From positions 2,528,001-2,592,000 of the forward strand of contig CAVTCS010000003.1 in the NCBI GenBank assembly GCA_963733295.1: DNA of 64,000 nt. The letters run 5' to 3'. A model generated the notes under the pieces. That model had not been told where the DNA came from, did not search any database, and saw only the letters and a program-made list of their open reading frames with translations. A program made the translations under genes and the position numbers. This DNA is from Vulcanimicrobiota bacterium (lineage in GTDB: Bacteria > Vulcanimicrobiota > Vulcanimicrobiia > Vulcanimicrobiales > Vulcanimicrobiaceae). Positions 29,268 to 37,189 of this stretch are shown in pieces. Numbering within the stretch: position 1 is the stretch's first letter; each line of letters starts with the position of its first letter.

Positions 29268-29358
29268 ATATGCCACCGTTCAACAGCGCTGCGGGCTCAT
29301 TTCGTTGCGCCTCCCAAGGCCCCCGGGGGCGGGCCGCCCGGGCGCGAAATCCGCCTCG

Positions 29359-30471
29359 ATGAGCGTCGCCGAGCGCCCGCCTCGGAACGAGCCACCCGCG
29401 ATCCGCGACGGGGCGTTCCACGCCTACTTCGTGTTTGACGTGGCGGACACGATCGCGCTCGAACGGCTGGTCAGCGTCGCCGGCGAGGGCGTTGCTGCGG
29501 CGCCGCTGCAGCTGCGGCGAGAGGCCTCGACCGGCTTTATCGAGTTTCCGCGGCCGCCGATCGTAGCGCGCCTGCCGGCCGGCTCGAGCGAGATCAGCGT
29601 CCGCGCGAAAGTGTACGAGTACGGCGTCGTATCGATCCGCCTCAGCCTCGCCTTCGCGGGTCCGTGGAGCGCGTTCGCCGCGTTCACTCGCCGGCTGCGC
29701 AACGACGGCGAACTCGAACGACTGGCACGGGCGAGCCTCGAGCGCATGCTCGCGGAGATCCACGACGCGCTCGACGAGCCGCATGCGGCGCTCGTCGAGG
29801 ACTACTTCATCTTTGAGGTAGAGTCGTTCGTCGCGCCGGTTTCCGCTCGCGAACTGCTCGCAGAGTATGCCGCTTCGCTTGCGAGCCTCGTGCTCTGCGA
29901 AGAACGAAGTCTTATGGAGCTCGAACAACAGGAAGCGCTGCGCGCGCATTTCTCGTACTTCAACGACGACCTCGCGGTGGTTCAGTGGGACACGGCTTTC
30001 GTCTACGACCGGCGCGAAAGCGCCGCGGCGACGCTGGACATCTTAGAGTTTGCGAACACGCAGCTCGTCGAGTTGCGCACGTACGACAAGCGCCTCGATG
30101 ACGAGCTGGACACGATCTATAAGCTCGACCACCTGCGGCCCGGTCCGCGCTTCGGCCGCAAGCACTCACAGAACGCCGCAGACCGCCTGCGTTACCTCAT
30201 CGTCGACATCCTCGAGCTAACCGATCGTGCCAACAACGCCCTCAAGATCATCGGAGACGCGTACTACGCGCGACTCTATCGCGGCGCCGCCGGGCGCCTG
30301 GGCCTCAAAGATTGGCAGCTCCAGATCGACTCGAAGTTGCAAAGCATCAACGAGATGTACCGTTTTTTCACCGACCAAGCGCAAACCGCGCGCAGTCAGT
30401 TCCTGGAGGCGGTCGTCATCGCTCTCATCGCGGTGGAAATCGTGGTGGGAGTTCTCGCACTACACCACTAA
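29359..30471 (+). CDS. DUF155/RMD1-like hypothetical protein
   Basis: 'FSY..DDLAVV.WD.AF', 'LEFAN.QL.ELR.YD..LD', 'IGD.YYARLY', C-terminal TM. Confidence 0.8.
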   Translation: MSVAERPPRNEPPAIRDGAFHAYFVFDVADTIALERLVSVAGEGVAAAPLQLRREASTGFIEFPRPPIVARLPAGSSEISVRAKVYEYGVVSIRLSLAFAGPWSAFAAFTRRLRNDGELERLARASLERMLAEIHDALDEPHAALVEDYFIFEVESFVAPVSARELLAEYAASLASLVLCEERSLMELEQQEALRAHFSYFNDDLAVVQWDTAFVYDRRESAAATLDILEFANTQLVELRTYDKRLDDELDTIYKLDHLRPGPRFGRKHSQNAADRLRYLIVDILELTDRANNALKIIGDAYYARLYRGAAGRLGLKDWQLQIDSKLQSINEMYRFFTDQAQTARSQFLEAVVIALIAVEIVVGVLALHH

Positions 30472-30712
30472 ACGGCCGGAGGATTGTGGTCGTGGTCACG
30501 ATCGGCGTTGAGGCCGGGCGATTTCTCGGAATGAAGCTCGATGCGTGAATCGTACGGCATAAAGATTCCGCGTCGCTGACCGACCACTGTGAAAAGCCAC
30601 GCTTTTGCGCGGCCACAGTTTCCGTTTGGAAAAGAAGTGAGGGTCGTCGACGACACCCGCAGATCACGTGGCACGCGCCGGCGACGCTCGCGCTCGCCCG
30701 AAGACATCACGA

Positions 30713-31135
30713 GTGCAAGGCTCACACATCATCGCTATAGCCGTGCTTGGCGTTGCGCTGGCCGCGTGCGATGCGGGCGGTAATCCAGGAGCACCAATTC
30801 CACGACCGACCCCGTCGCCTCATCCGAGTCCAACGTCGACCGGCGCGACCGGCAGCCTCACCTTCACCGTCCCCACCCCGTCGCCGGTGCTGTGCACGCC
30901 CAACCCGGTCGCCGTTTCGCTGGGGCAGCCGGTGACGTTCGTCTGCAGCGCAGCGGGTTACTCTGGACCATTCACCTGGACGGTCGCCGATCCGTCGATC
31001 GCTTCAGTCCTGCAATTCAACGACGAGACCTACACGGTCTTCACCCTCACCGGCCTGGAGGCCGGTACGACGACGCTTTCTCTGCTGTCGCAGCCGGGCG
31101 GAGCCGGGTCGGACACAATCGTCGTTTCACCCTGA
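30713..31135 (+). CDS. Lipoprotein with Pro-rich linker and Ig-like domain
   Basis: lipobox LAAC; 'W...DPSIASV', 'TG..AGTTT' Ig-like motif; start uncertain (30713 GTG). Confidence 0.7.
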   Translation: MQGSHIIAIAVLGVALAACDAGGNPGAPIPRPTPSPHPSPTSTGATGSLTFTVPTPSPVLCTPNPVAVSLGQPVTFVCSAAGYSGPFTWTVADPSIASVLQFNDETYTVFTLTGLEAGTTTLSLLSQPGGAGSDTIVVSP

Positions 31136-31176
31136 CACCTCAGCCGTAGCACAACCTCACCAAGGAAGGATAGATC

Positions 31177-32043
31177 ATGAACCTGCGAACTTTTCCACCC
31201 GTCATTCTGGCCGCCGCCCTGCTGGCGGCGTGTTCGGGTGGCGGCGGACCGAATAGCACGCCCTCACAGTCCGGCGCATCGGCTTCGGGCATGATAACCA
31301 TCGCGCGGCCGGCGAGCGCCTCGAGCCATTCCCGCAAGCCCGCCTACATTTCAAGCGGGACGACTCGCGCCGCCTTGTTCATCGACGGTCAGACCAGCCC
31401 CGCCGGAACGAGTTCGGCTTGCACGACCGGGTGCACGATCGCTTACACCACGACATCCGGGACGCATACCTTCACCGCCGAGACCGACAATGGTTCGAAG
31501 GTTCTCGGAGATGGAACGACCGGGGCGATCGGCATCGTAGCCGGCCCTGGCAACAACTTTACGATCACGCTCAACGGCGCCGCGGCCCAGATGTCTTGGG
31601 TGTCGAACACGAGTTCCAATCCGGCCCCTCCCGCGCAGCCGACGAGCGTCACGGCGAACTGGGCCATAGCCGACTCTGCCGGAGTCGACATCACCAATGC
31701 TCCGGCAACGGCGACGTTTTCGGGCGGCACGATCACGTTCGCCGTCAGCACGTCAGGTACCGTAACCGGTGGGCCTCCAACCTTTTCTCCCACCACGCTG
31801 ACGCATCCCGACGCGAACGGGAACGACTACTCGATTACGGCAGCGTGTAATGGCGCCACGGGGAGCGGCACGTTTAACATAACCGCTACCTCCGCCTCCG
31901 TCTCTAGCCTCATCACCGCCTCCGAGCTAGCCGGCCTCTCGATCTCGTATCCGTCGGCGAGTCTCACCGTCACGCCGAGCCATCCCTATACCTGCACGAG
32001 CGGCGTGATCTCAGATTCCAGCGGCGGCGGCACGCTGCAATAA
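31177..32043 (+). CDS. Ser/Thr-rich lipoprotein (paralog A)
   Basis: AGGA SD, lipobox LAAC, 'RKPAYISS' motif, paralogous to the next gene. Confidence 0.85.
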   Translation: MNLRTFPPVILAAALLAACSGGGGPNSTPSQSGASASGMITIARPASASSHSRKPAYISSGTTRAALFIDGQTSPAGTSSACTTGCTIAYTTTSGTHTFTAETDNGSKVLGDGTTGAIGIVAGPGNNFTITLNGAAAQMSWVSNTSSNPAPPAQPTSVTANWAIADSAGVDITNAPATATFSGGTITFAVSTSGTVTGGPPTFSPTTLTHPDANGNDYSITAACNGATGSGTFNITATSASVSSLITASELAGLSISYPSASLTVTPSHPYTCTSGVISDSSGGGTLQ

Positions 32044-32056
32044 ACCCCGGGATACG

Positions 32057-33556
32057 ATAACGCACCGGCTCGTACCGTTCATCTTGATCGGCGCCGCGCT
32101 TGCGGCGTGTTCGAGCGCGGGCTCGCGTAGTACGCTCCCGCAGACCGCGCCGCAGGTTGCGGCGGCGGCTGCGGGAGCAGCGACAGGCACGCTGACGATC
32201 GAGGTGCCACCAAGCGAAACGGATAGCGTTCGCCGGAGGCCTTCGTACATCTCGTCGGCGACCAAACAGGCCGCCTTGTTCATCGACACCGTGACGACTG
32301 CCGCCGGCTCGAGTTCGTCCTGCTCGAGCGGATGTACGATTGCCTACGCCACGAGCGCCGGAACGCACACGTTGCGTGCGGAGATCGCCAACGCCGCGAA
32401 CGTCGTCTTGGCGGAGGGCTCGAAGCCGGTCACGCTCGCACCTGGCCCGGGCAACAACTTTACGATCACGCTCAACGGAGCAGCTGCCCTGGCTTCCTGG
32501 GTGTCGACCACCGCGACCACCACGAACAGCATCTCGGGAACCTACGCGGTCGAGGACTCTTCGAAGGTTCTGATCACCTCCGCCCCGGGCGGAGCCTCGA
32601 CGGCCTTCGACAACACTCCGATCACGTTCTCGACCCAGACGAGCGCCGGATTCACGGGAACCGCTTCCTTTACGACAAGCGGCAGCTCCACGACCCTGGG
32701 CGCACCCGATGCGAAGGGAAACGATTATCCGTTTACGGCGACGTGCAGCGCCACGGCAAACGGCACGTTCACGATTGCCGCCAACGCGGCGAGCAGTTCT
32801 GCCGGCATCACCTCGGCCCAGCTGATCGGACTATCGCTCAGTTATCCGTCTTCGAGCCTTAACGTGACGGCGATGCATACCTATAGCTGCAGCAAAGGTA
32901 CGATCCACGATGCGAGCGGGCTGACTCTGGATGGTAGCGTCAGTAGTGCGAATGCGTGTACCGCCAGCATGACAAGCTGCTCGGTGACCTTGACGACGAG
33001 CAAGCCGAACGACGTGATCGTCGTGTATTGTGCGGCCGACCGGGCCAACGAGACGTTCAACGCGCCCACCGCAAGCGGACTAACATTTACACAAAGAGGC
33101 ACGACGTTTTCCCGCGATACGAGAAGCCAGGCTTTCTGGTATGCGATCGCCCCGAACCCGATATCGGAGAGCATCACGTGTTCCTGGTCCAGGGCGACGG
33201 GAGCCGGGATGCTCGCTTTTGGAGTCAACGGGGCAAATACGACCGCTCCATTCGATACGAACGCCAGCCTGCCGTTTTTCAGTGCCGTGCCCTCAAGCGG
33301 AACGAGCATCGACTGCGTGATTTCCACCAGCAACGCCAACGATTTCATCTACGGAATCGCGTACGGAAACACCGGTGAGATCACCGGCAACCCCGCTAGC
33401 CCGTTCAGCAACATCCTGGCAGCCAACAACGACTACGTGCCCGGCTCCTACGCAATCTTCTCGGCAGTCCAAACTGACTTGACCGTGACGTGGACAGTCA
33501 CAAATCATTCGAGGCTCGCATGGGCCTGTGACGCAATCGCAGAAGCGGGCACCTAG
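32057..33556 (+). CDS. Ser/Thr-rich lipoprotein (paralog B) with extra C-terminal beta-rich domain
   Basis: lipobox LAAC, 'RRPSYISS'; aligns along paralog A, then ~210 extra aa; start ATA 32057 or TTG 32084. Confidence 0.85.
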   Translation: MTHRLVPFILIGAALAACSSAGSRSTLPQTAPQVAAAAAGAATGTLTIEVPPSETDSVRRRPSYISSATKQAALFIDTVTTAAGSSSSCSSGCTIAYATSAGTHTLRAEIANAANVVLAEGSKPVTLAPGPGNNFTITLNGAAALASWVSTTATTTNSISGTYAVEDSSKVLITSAPGGASTAFDNTPITFSTQTSAGFTGTASFTTSGSSTTLGAPDAKGNDYPFTATCSATANGTFTIAANAASSSAGITSAQLIGLSLSYPSSSLNVTAMHTYSCSKGTIHDASGLTLDGSVSSANACTASMTSCSVTLTTSKPNDVIVVYCAADRANETFNAPTASGLTFTQRGTTFSRDTRSQAFWYAIAPNPISESITCSWSRATGAGMLAFGVNGANTTAPFDTNASLPFFSAVPSSGTSIDCVISTSNANDFIYGIAYGNTGEITGNPASPFSNILAANNDYVPGSYAIFSAVQTDLTVTWTVTNHSRLAWACDAIAEAGT

Positions 33557-35412
33557 GGCTGCGCGGCTTTGCGCAAGACGCGCGCGTCGCCGCTGCGCAG
33601 CGTGATGCCCGCAGCGTCGAACCATTCGAGCAGCGGCACGGCGAACTTGCGCGAAGTGCCGATGAGGTCTCTAAAATCGGCCGGCGTGATCGTTCCCCGG
33701 CGGCGCAGCGCATCTTCCAGCAGCCGGCGGATCTGTGCGATCTGTTCCCCGCGATAGACGTCGCTGCCGACCTTGACGAGCGCTCCGCTCGCAAACAGCG
33801 TATCGAGGCTTTGCGCGAGTCCCGCAATCTTTGAAGTTGCCATCTTCGCCTTCAGCTCGGAGGCGGCGAGCGGTGCAAACGGCTGCGCGGGATCGCGGGC
33901 AAACGCCGTCTCGAAGAACTCGCGTTGTTCCGCCGAAACCGACGGCACGAACTCCGGCGTCGCGAAGTAGCCGGCGCGGTGCGCGAGCCGGCCGTCTTCG
34001 GCCAGCGCGCTCAGGACGCGCAACAGTCCGGGCTCGGGCGTGGCGAGGGCACGCGACAGGCCGAGCGCCGTCATCCCCATCAACCAAGGCGCAGCGGCTT
34101 GACTCGCTTCGAGACGTTCGCGCACCCGCTGGTGCAGCGCCTCAACGTGTTCGACCGCGACGTAGGCCGACGGCTTGGAAAGGCGCAGCGCCCGGCCTTC
34201 GGCGCGGAGCTGCTCGAGCAACTCTGACGCGCGCTCCTCGCGAACGTTCGCGATCGCGCCCGCATTCGCGGGCGTCGTGCCGTCGGTTCCGGCGCGGGTG
34301 AGGGCTTCGAGGATCGTTGCGAAATCGGAGGGCTCATCGAACGGCGCTGCCGCCGGAGCGGCGCCGGTGAACGTGCCGCCGCCGAGAACTTCCTTCGGCG
34401 AAAGGCCGCGCAGCACGAAAGCCGCACCTGGAAACGCGACGGTGGGTGCGCGCAAGTGCAGGCGCGCCGCGCGAGCATCGTCGGAGGCCGGGACGGAGTC
34501 GACGACGAGCGTTCCGAGGATCTCGGCGGCGCCGACGTACGCACGTACCGGCGTGCGCCGCCGCAACAGGTCGAGCGCTGCGGCTCGCGGACGGAAGCGC
34601 ACGTCGAAACTTGCAGCGCTCGCGAACTGCGGGCTGGCCAGAACCGCGCCGCGCCTGATCTCTGCGGTATCGATGCCGACGAGATTCGCAGCGACGCGCG
34701 AACCGCCCGCAACGCGCTCGCGCATCTCACCGAAGACCTGCAGACTCCGAATGCGAACCTCGCGCTCGAGCGGCGTCAGTCGCAGACGATCGCCGGTCGC
34801 GATCTCGCCCTGCATCAGCGTCCCGGTCACGACCGTACCGATCCCCGGCAAACTGAAGACGCGATCGATGGGAAGATACGGCGGCCGTTCGAGCGAGCGG
34901 GGTGGTAGCTGCGCGAGCGCGTCGTGAATCGCCGCACGCAACTCCTCGAGTCCGAAGCCGCTGAGCGCCGACACCGCGACGACGCGAGCATCATGCGCCT
35001 TCGTCCCGCGCGTCGCTTCGCGGACCAACTCTACCGCGAATCCACGCTCTTCGTCGCTGGCTGCATCGGCTTTGCTCAGGACGACGATCGTTTGCCTGAC
35101 GTTTAGATACTCGAGGACCGCCAAGTGCTCGAGCGTTTGCGGTCGGGGTCCTTCGTTTGCGGCAACGACCAGCAGCAAGAGTTCCATGCCCGACGCCCCT
35201 GCCAACATGTTGTGCAAGAATCGCTCGTGGCCCGGAACGTCGATGATTCCCGCTTCCAAACCGTCCTCGAAGCGCAGGTGCGCGAACCCGAGATCGAGCG
35301 ACATGCCGCGCAAACGCTCCTCGAGCCAACGATCGGGATCGGTACCGGTAAGAGCGCGCACGAGCGTCGACTTGCCGTGATCGACGTGACCGGCCGTCCC
35401 AATGATGTGCAC
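33553..35412 (-). CDS. selB: Selenocysteine-specific elongation factor
   Basis: 'IIGTAGHVDHGKS', 'DVPGHERFLHNMLAG', C-terminal winged helix 'TSRKFAVPLLEWFD'. Confidence 0.95.
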   Translation of the reverse strand: MHIIGTAGHVDHGKSTLVRALTGTDPDRWLEERLRGMSLDLGFAHLRFEDGLEAGIIDVPGHERFLHNMLAGASGMELLLLVVAANEGPRPQTLEHLAVLEYLNVRQTIVVLSKADAASDEERGFAVELVREATRGTKAHDARVVAVSALSGFGLEELRAAIHDALAQLPPRSLERPPYLPIDRVFSLPGIGTVVTGTLMQGEIATGDRLRLTPLEREVRIRSLQVFGEMRERVAGGSRVAANLVGIDTAEIRRGAVLASPQFASAASFDVRFRPRAAALDLLRRRTPVRAYVGAAEILGTLVVDSVPASDDARAARLHLRAPTVAFPGAAFVLRGLSPKEVLGGGTFTGAAPAAAPFDEPSDFATILEALTRAGTDGTTPANAGAIANVREERASELLEQLRAEGRALRLSKPSAYVAVEHVEALHQRVRERLEASQAAAPWLMGMTALGLSRALATPEPGLLRVLSALAEDGRLAHRAGYFATPEFVPSVSAEQREFFETAFARDPAQPFAPLAASELKAKMATSKIAGLAQSLDTLFASGALVKVGSDVYRGEQIAQIRRLLEDALRRRGTITPADFRDLIGTSRKFAVPLLEWFDAAGITLRSGDARVLRKAAQP

Positions 35413-35416
35413 GGCG

Positions 35417-36781
35417 TCAGGCGGTGAGGATTCGCACGATTTCGCCGTCGCGCTCCGGCGGGAGCGTCCGCAAGTCGAAGAGCAGCGCGCCGTCCTCGAT
35501 TCGGCCGGCGAGTGCAGGACGCCGCGCCCGCAACTCGCTCGCCCTCCGCTCGGGATCGCCGGCGCTCTCCAGGCGGATACCGATCGAAGCGAGCGCAGCC
35601 AGCGGCAACGAACCGCCGCCCGCGAAAGCTTGCGTTTCGACGACGCGAACGCCGACGCCGCGGACCTCCAGTTCGCCGCGCAGCCGTTCCGCACGCGCGC
35701 GCAGCGCGTCGAGCGACACGCCGAGCATTGCGTAGATCGGAATTTCGCCGAGTCTATCCGGTTCGAGATACAGCTGCAACGTCGCCGCCAGTGCCGCAAG
35801 CGTCGCCTTGTCGACGCGCAGCGCGCGCAGAAGGGGATTGGCGCGTAGTCGCGCGATCGTTGCCGCACGACCTGCGATGATTCCCGCTTGCGGGCCGCCG
35901 AGCAACTTGTCACCGGAAAACGCGACGAGGTCGATTCCGTCACCGACCGCTTCGCGGACCGTCCGCTCGTGCGGCAGTCCAAAGGATGCGAGATCGACGA
36001 GCGCACCGCTGCCCAAGTCTTCGACCAGCGGAACCCCGGCGCGCCGCGTAAAGGCCGCCAGATCGCGGGGTTCGACATCGGCCGTAAACCCTTGGATCGA
36101 GTAGTTCGAGGCGTGCGTGCGCAGAACGAGCGCGGTTTCCGGTCCGAGAGCGCGCTCGAAGTCTCGCAAGTAAACTTTGTTGGTCGTTCCGACCTCGACC
36201 AGCCGCGCGCCGCTGCGCGAGAGAACCTCGGGCAAGCGAAAGCCTCCCCCGATCTCGATCAGCTGATTGCGCGCCACGACTACCTCGCGACCGCGCGCGA
36301 ACGTGTCCAGCACCAGCAAGACGGCCGCGGCGCAGTTGTTGACCACGAGGCCATCTTCCGCGCCGCTGGTCTCGCGCAGCAGCGCCCCCACGCGCTCGTA
36401 ACGCGAACCGCGCGTTCCCGTCTCGAGATCGTACTCGAGGTTCGAGTATCCGCCCGCGATGCGCCCGATCGCCTCGAGTGCGGCGCGCGCCAGCGGCGCC
36501 CGGCCTAGATTCGTGTGCAACAAAATGCCGGTGCCGTTGAGAACCTCGACGAGGCCCTCCGACTCGACCGAACTCAAACGCGCGCAGATCTCAGCGACGA
36601 GTACTTCGAACGGCGGCAAGACCTCTCCGCTGCTCGAATGCGCGCGCGCTTCGCGCAGTACGTCCGCGATCGCCGTCTTGACGGTTCCAGTGCCGAGCAG
36701 CCCGCAAAAGCCGGCCAGAGCGGGCGCGGCCATCAGCCGGTGGACTGCGGGAACTCCGCGCAATGCGGAGTCCGCGTTCAC
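35417..36781 (-). CDS. selA: L-seryl-tRNA(Sec) selenium transferase
   Basis: 'NGTGILLHTNLGRAPL', 'YSNLEYDL..G.RG.R', 'EVGTTN', PLP Lys 'FSGDKLLGGPQAG'. Confidence 0.96.
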   Translation of the reverse strand: MNADSALRGVPAVHRLMAAPALAGFCGLLGTGTVKTAIADVLREARAHSSSGEVLPPFEVLVAEICARLSSVESEGLVEVLNGTGILLHTNLGRAPLARAALEAIGRIAGGYSNLEYDLETGTRGSRYERVGALLRETSGAEDGLVVNNCAAAVLLVLDTFARGREVVVARNQLIEIGGGFRLPEVLSRSGARLVEVGTTNKVYLRDFERALGPETALVLRTHASNYSIQGFTADVEPRDLAAFTRRAGVPLVEDLGSGALVDLASFGLPHERTVREAVGDGIDLVAFSGDKLLGGPQAGIIAGRAATIARLRANPLLRALRVDKATLAALAATLQLYLEPDRLGEIPIYAMLGVSLDALRARAERLRGELEVRGVGVRVVETQAFAGGGSLPLAALASIGIRLESAGDPERRASELRARRPALAGRIEDGALLFDLRTLPPERDGEIVRILTA

Positions 36782-36788
36782 GGGTGCG

Positions 36789-37121
36789 TCAGGCGGCTGC
36801 GAGATGCTTGTCGAGCATCGACGTGATCGTTTTTTCGCTGACGAATCCGACGATGCGGTCGATCGGCTCACCGCCCTTGAACAAGATGAGGCATGGGATC
36901 CCCGAGACGTGATACTCGCCCGCGAGCGACGGATTCCGGTCGGTGTCGAGTTTCATGAACTTCATGCGGCCGGCGTACGACGACGCGACCTTCTCGACGA
37001 CCGGTGCAAGCATTTTGCACGGACCGCACCAGTCGGCCCAAAAATCGACCAGCACCGGCTGATCGTGCGAGAGAACGTCCTGTTTGAACGTAGCCTGCGT
37101 AACGTCGGGAAGAGCGCTCAT
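36789..37121 (-). CDS. trxA: Thioredoxin
   Basis: VLVDFWADWCGPCK. Confidence 0.96.
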   Translation of the reverse strand: MSALPDVTQATFKQDVLSHDQPVLVDFWADWCGPCKMLAPVVEKVASSYAGRMKFMKLDTDRNPSLAGEYHVSGIPCLILFKGGEPIDRIVGFVSEKTITSMLDKHLAAA

Positions 37122-37189
37122 ATCCTAATCCATACCTCCGAGAATCTTGGACCACCGCGGGCCCTCGACGGTTGCGTCTCCGTCACCCG

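Noticed and set aside
30475..30710. Possible riboswitch upstream of the lipoprotein array
   Set aside because: No complete c-di-GMP or other known aptamer consensus could be matched by eye.
35413..36078. Apparent 220-aa N-terminal extension of SelB
   Set aside because: It overlaps selA in another frame; the true start is GTG 35412, just before IIGTAGHVDHGK.
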